From positions 135,098,001 to 135,162,000 of the forward strand of contig NC_042999.1 of assembly GCF_006345805.1 (NCBI RefSeq): DNA of 64,000 nucleotides. Direction: 5' to 3'. The position numbers were made by a program, and so were the translations under genes. The notes under the pieces were generated by a model. It was not told where the DNA came from. It saw nothing but the letters and a program-made list of their open reading frames with translations, and did not search any database. The stretch is from Octopus sinensis. Taxonomy: Eukaryota. Shown in pieces: positions 61,962 through 64,000 of the stretch (its first letter is position 1; each line of letters begins with the position of its first letter).

Positions 61962-62434
61962 GTATATGTATAGCTCTATATGTATACATGTATATGTATA
62001 GATGTATTTCTATAGATATAGATATATAAGTATACATGTATGTGTAGTTGTATATATATATATAGATGTACATGTAATATGTACACATATATATATACAT
62101 ATATACATGCATACATATATACACCCATGCACACATACACACACATACATAAGTGCAGGTGTGGCTGTGTGGTAAGAAATTTGGTTCCAAAACACATGGT
62201 CCTGAGTTCAATCCCACTGTGTGGTAACTTGGCATGTGTTTTCTGCTATACCTGTCTGTCTGTGTGAATCCCTAAAACTTGAGAACTACACAACCAATTA
62301 CATTCAAAATTTACACATGCCTTACTTAGGGTCCATGCTAGAAGATTGGTTATGGTCTTATATGCTACACCACTGGTTTTAAATTCAATTTAAGCAAATT
62401 AATATTCAATTTTTCACCCTTATTATTTTAAATT

Positions 62435-62527
<93 letters not shown>

Positions 62528-62530
62528 TAT

Positions 62531-62958
62531 ATCATCATCATCATCATCATCGTTTAGCGTCCGTTTTCCATGCTAGCATGGGTTGGACGGTTCTACTGGG
62601 GTCTGTGAAGCCAGAAGGCTTCATCAGGCCCAGTCAAATCTGCCAGTGTTTCTACGGCTGGATGCCCTTCCTAACGCCAACCACTCCATGAGTGTAGTGG
62701 GTGCTTTTTACGTGCCACCCAACAGGTGCCAGACAGAGCTGGCAAACGGCCACGAACGGATGGTGCTTTTTATGTGCCACTGGCACGAGGGCCAGGCGAG
62801 GCTGGCAACAGACACGAACGGATGGTGCTTTTTACGTGCCACCAGCACGAGGCCAGTCGGGGCAGCGCTGGCAACGGTCGGGAAACGGAAGGTTCTCTTA
62901 CATGCCACCGGCACTGGTAACACATCTGCAATTTCCATTGATCGATTTCGATTCTGAT
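62531..62958 (-). mobile_element. RTE LINE 3'UTR-only copy with (GAT)n tail inside (TA)n
   Basis: Homologous to 60620-61040; both flanks are (TA)n. Confidence 0.9.
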
Positions 62959-63003
62959 CCTATATATATATATATAATATATAATATATATATAATATAT
63001 ATG

Positions 63004-63082
<79 letters not shown>

Positions 63083-63422
63083 ATATATAATTACAAATTG
63101 AGATAGGGGTTGTGGGTGCAACCCACCATGGGATAACATATATCCAATATACTGCCAGTAAAGCACCCAACAAAGTTAATACATAAATGTTACGAATTGC
63201 GATGCAATTAATTCATTTATTGTATTATATGGGCGAAGGTCAAATGTTTTACCACAAATTCATAATACAAAATAAGAAATTATGTATATACGTGTGTATA
63301 TATATATATATAGGTGCATGTGTATATACACTTATATGTATGTGTATATTATGTTATGTACTTGTACTCATTCTTGTATAGGTGTACCTTCTCTGATATT
63401 CATATTTGGATTGTACTTTATA

Positions 63423-63549
63423 ATCTCTGAAGAGGCCTTGGGATATATTTGTAAGTGTCTCATTTATAACTACATAATTACTTATCACACCTGGCTAATA
63501 TGAGCAAAATGAGATACTCATATCTGCATGGCTGAAACAGCTATAAGAT
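63423..63549 (+). ncRNA. Degenerate hammerhead-like motif with a 92-nt loop II (Penelope-type 3' region)
   Basis: ATCT-CTGAAGA-GGCC-[92 nt]-GGCT-GAAAC-AGCT-ATA-AGAT; one G>A change would restore the palindrome ACAGCTGT. Confidence 0.45.
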
Positions 63550-64000
63550 ATAGTTTATATTTATATTTATATTTATCTATATATATTTATTCATTCATAT
63601 TGTATTTATTGTATCATATTACTCATTGATGTGCACTGTTTTGTTCTGTACTATTATGTTTGATCTTGATGTTCATATGTAGTTGGTTAATAAATTATGT
63701 GAATGGGTATTATCTGGTAGTTGATTATTGATTAAGGTGTATTTCTCCATTTTCTTATTTCGTATAAATATATATATATATATATATGGATTTCGTAGAC
63801 AGGAACTGAAGCAAATCAATCATATCTATATGTATGTGTATATGTAACTGTATGTGTGTGTCTTTGTCTCTGTGTTTTGCCCTCATCACTGCTTCACAAC
63901 TGCCGTTCATTTATTTACATCCCCATAACTTACTGGTTTCACAAGAACAAACTAATAGAATAAGTACTAGGCTTACCAACATAAAGAAAACCACTTGGCT

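Overview
AT-rich, repeat-dense eukaryotic genomic DNA. The SINE/LINE families and long (TA)n/(ATT)n tracts suggest an Octopus species (inference from pattern recognition, not a database result). Two host genes are well supported, both on the + strand. (1) The 3' part of a PLEKHM1/PLEKHM3-like Rubicon-homology-domain gene: six clean in-phase exons from 15736 to the stop at 26726, plus weaker upstream exon candidates. (2) A complete 5-exon POLR2D (RPB4) gene, 40591-47374, 146 aa. A possible small divergent spliced gene lies on the - strand at about 33.8-35.8 kb. The rest is mobile DNA: RTE and CR1-like LINE remnants, several tRNA-derived SINE families (head-to-tail arrays, a chimera), Helitrons (a Pif1 helicase remnant and non-autonomous copies), mariner, pogo, piggyBac, hAT and 6-bp-TSD MITEs, minisatellites and microsatellites. 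The most striking unannotated signal is a set of minimal type-I hammerhead-ribozyme-like motifs in several unrelated short elements, most with a palindromic helix III. Three of these elements are long fold-back palindromes with the hammerheads pointing outward. Two have target-site duplications, and one carries a tRNA-derived head. All coordinates were counted by hand; repeat boundaries are approximate, and no ribozyme activity has been tested.
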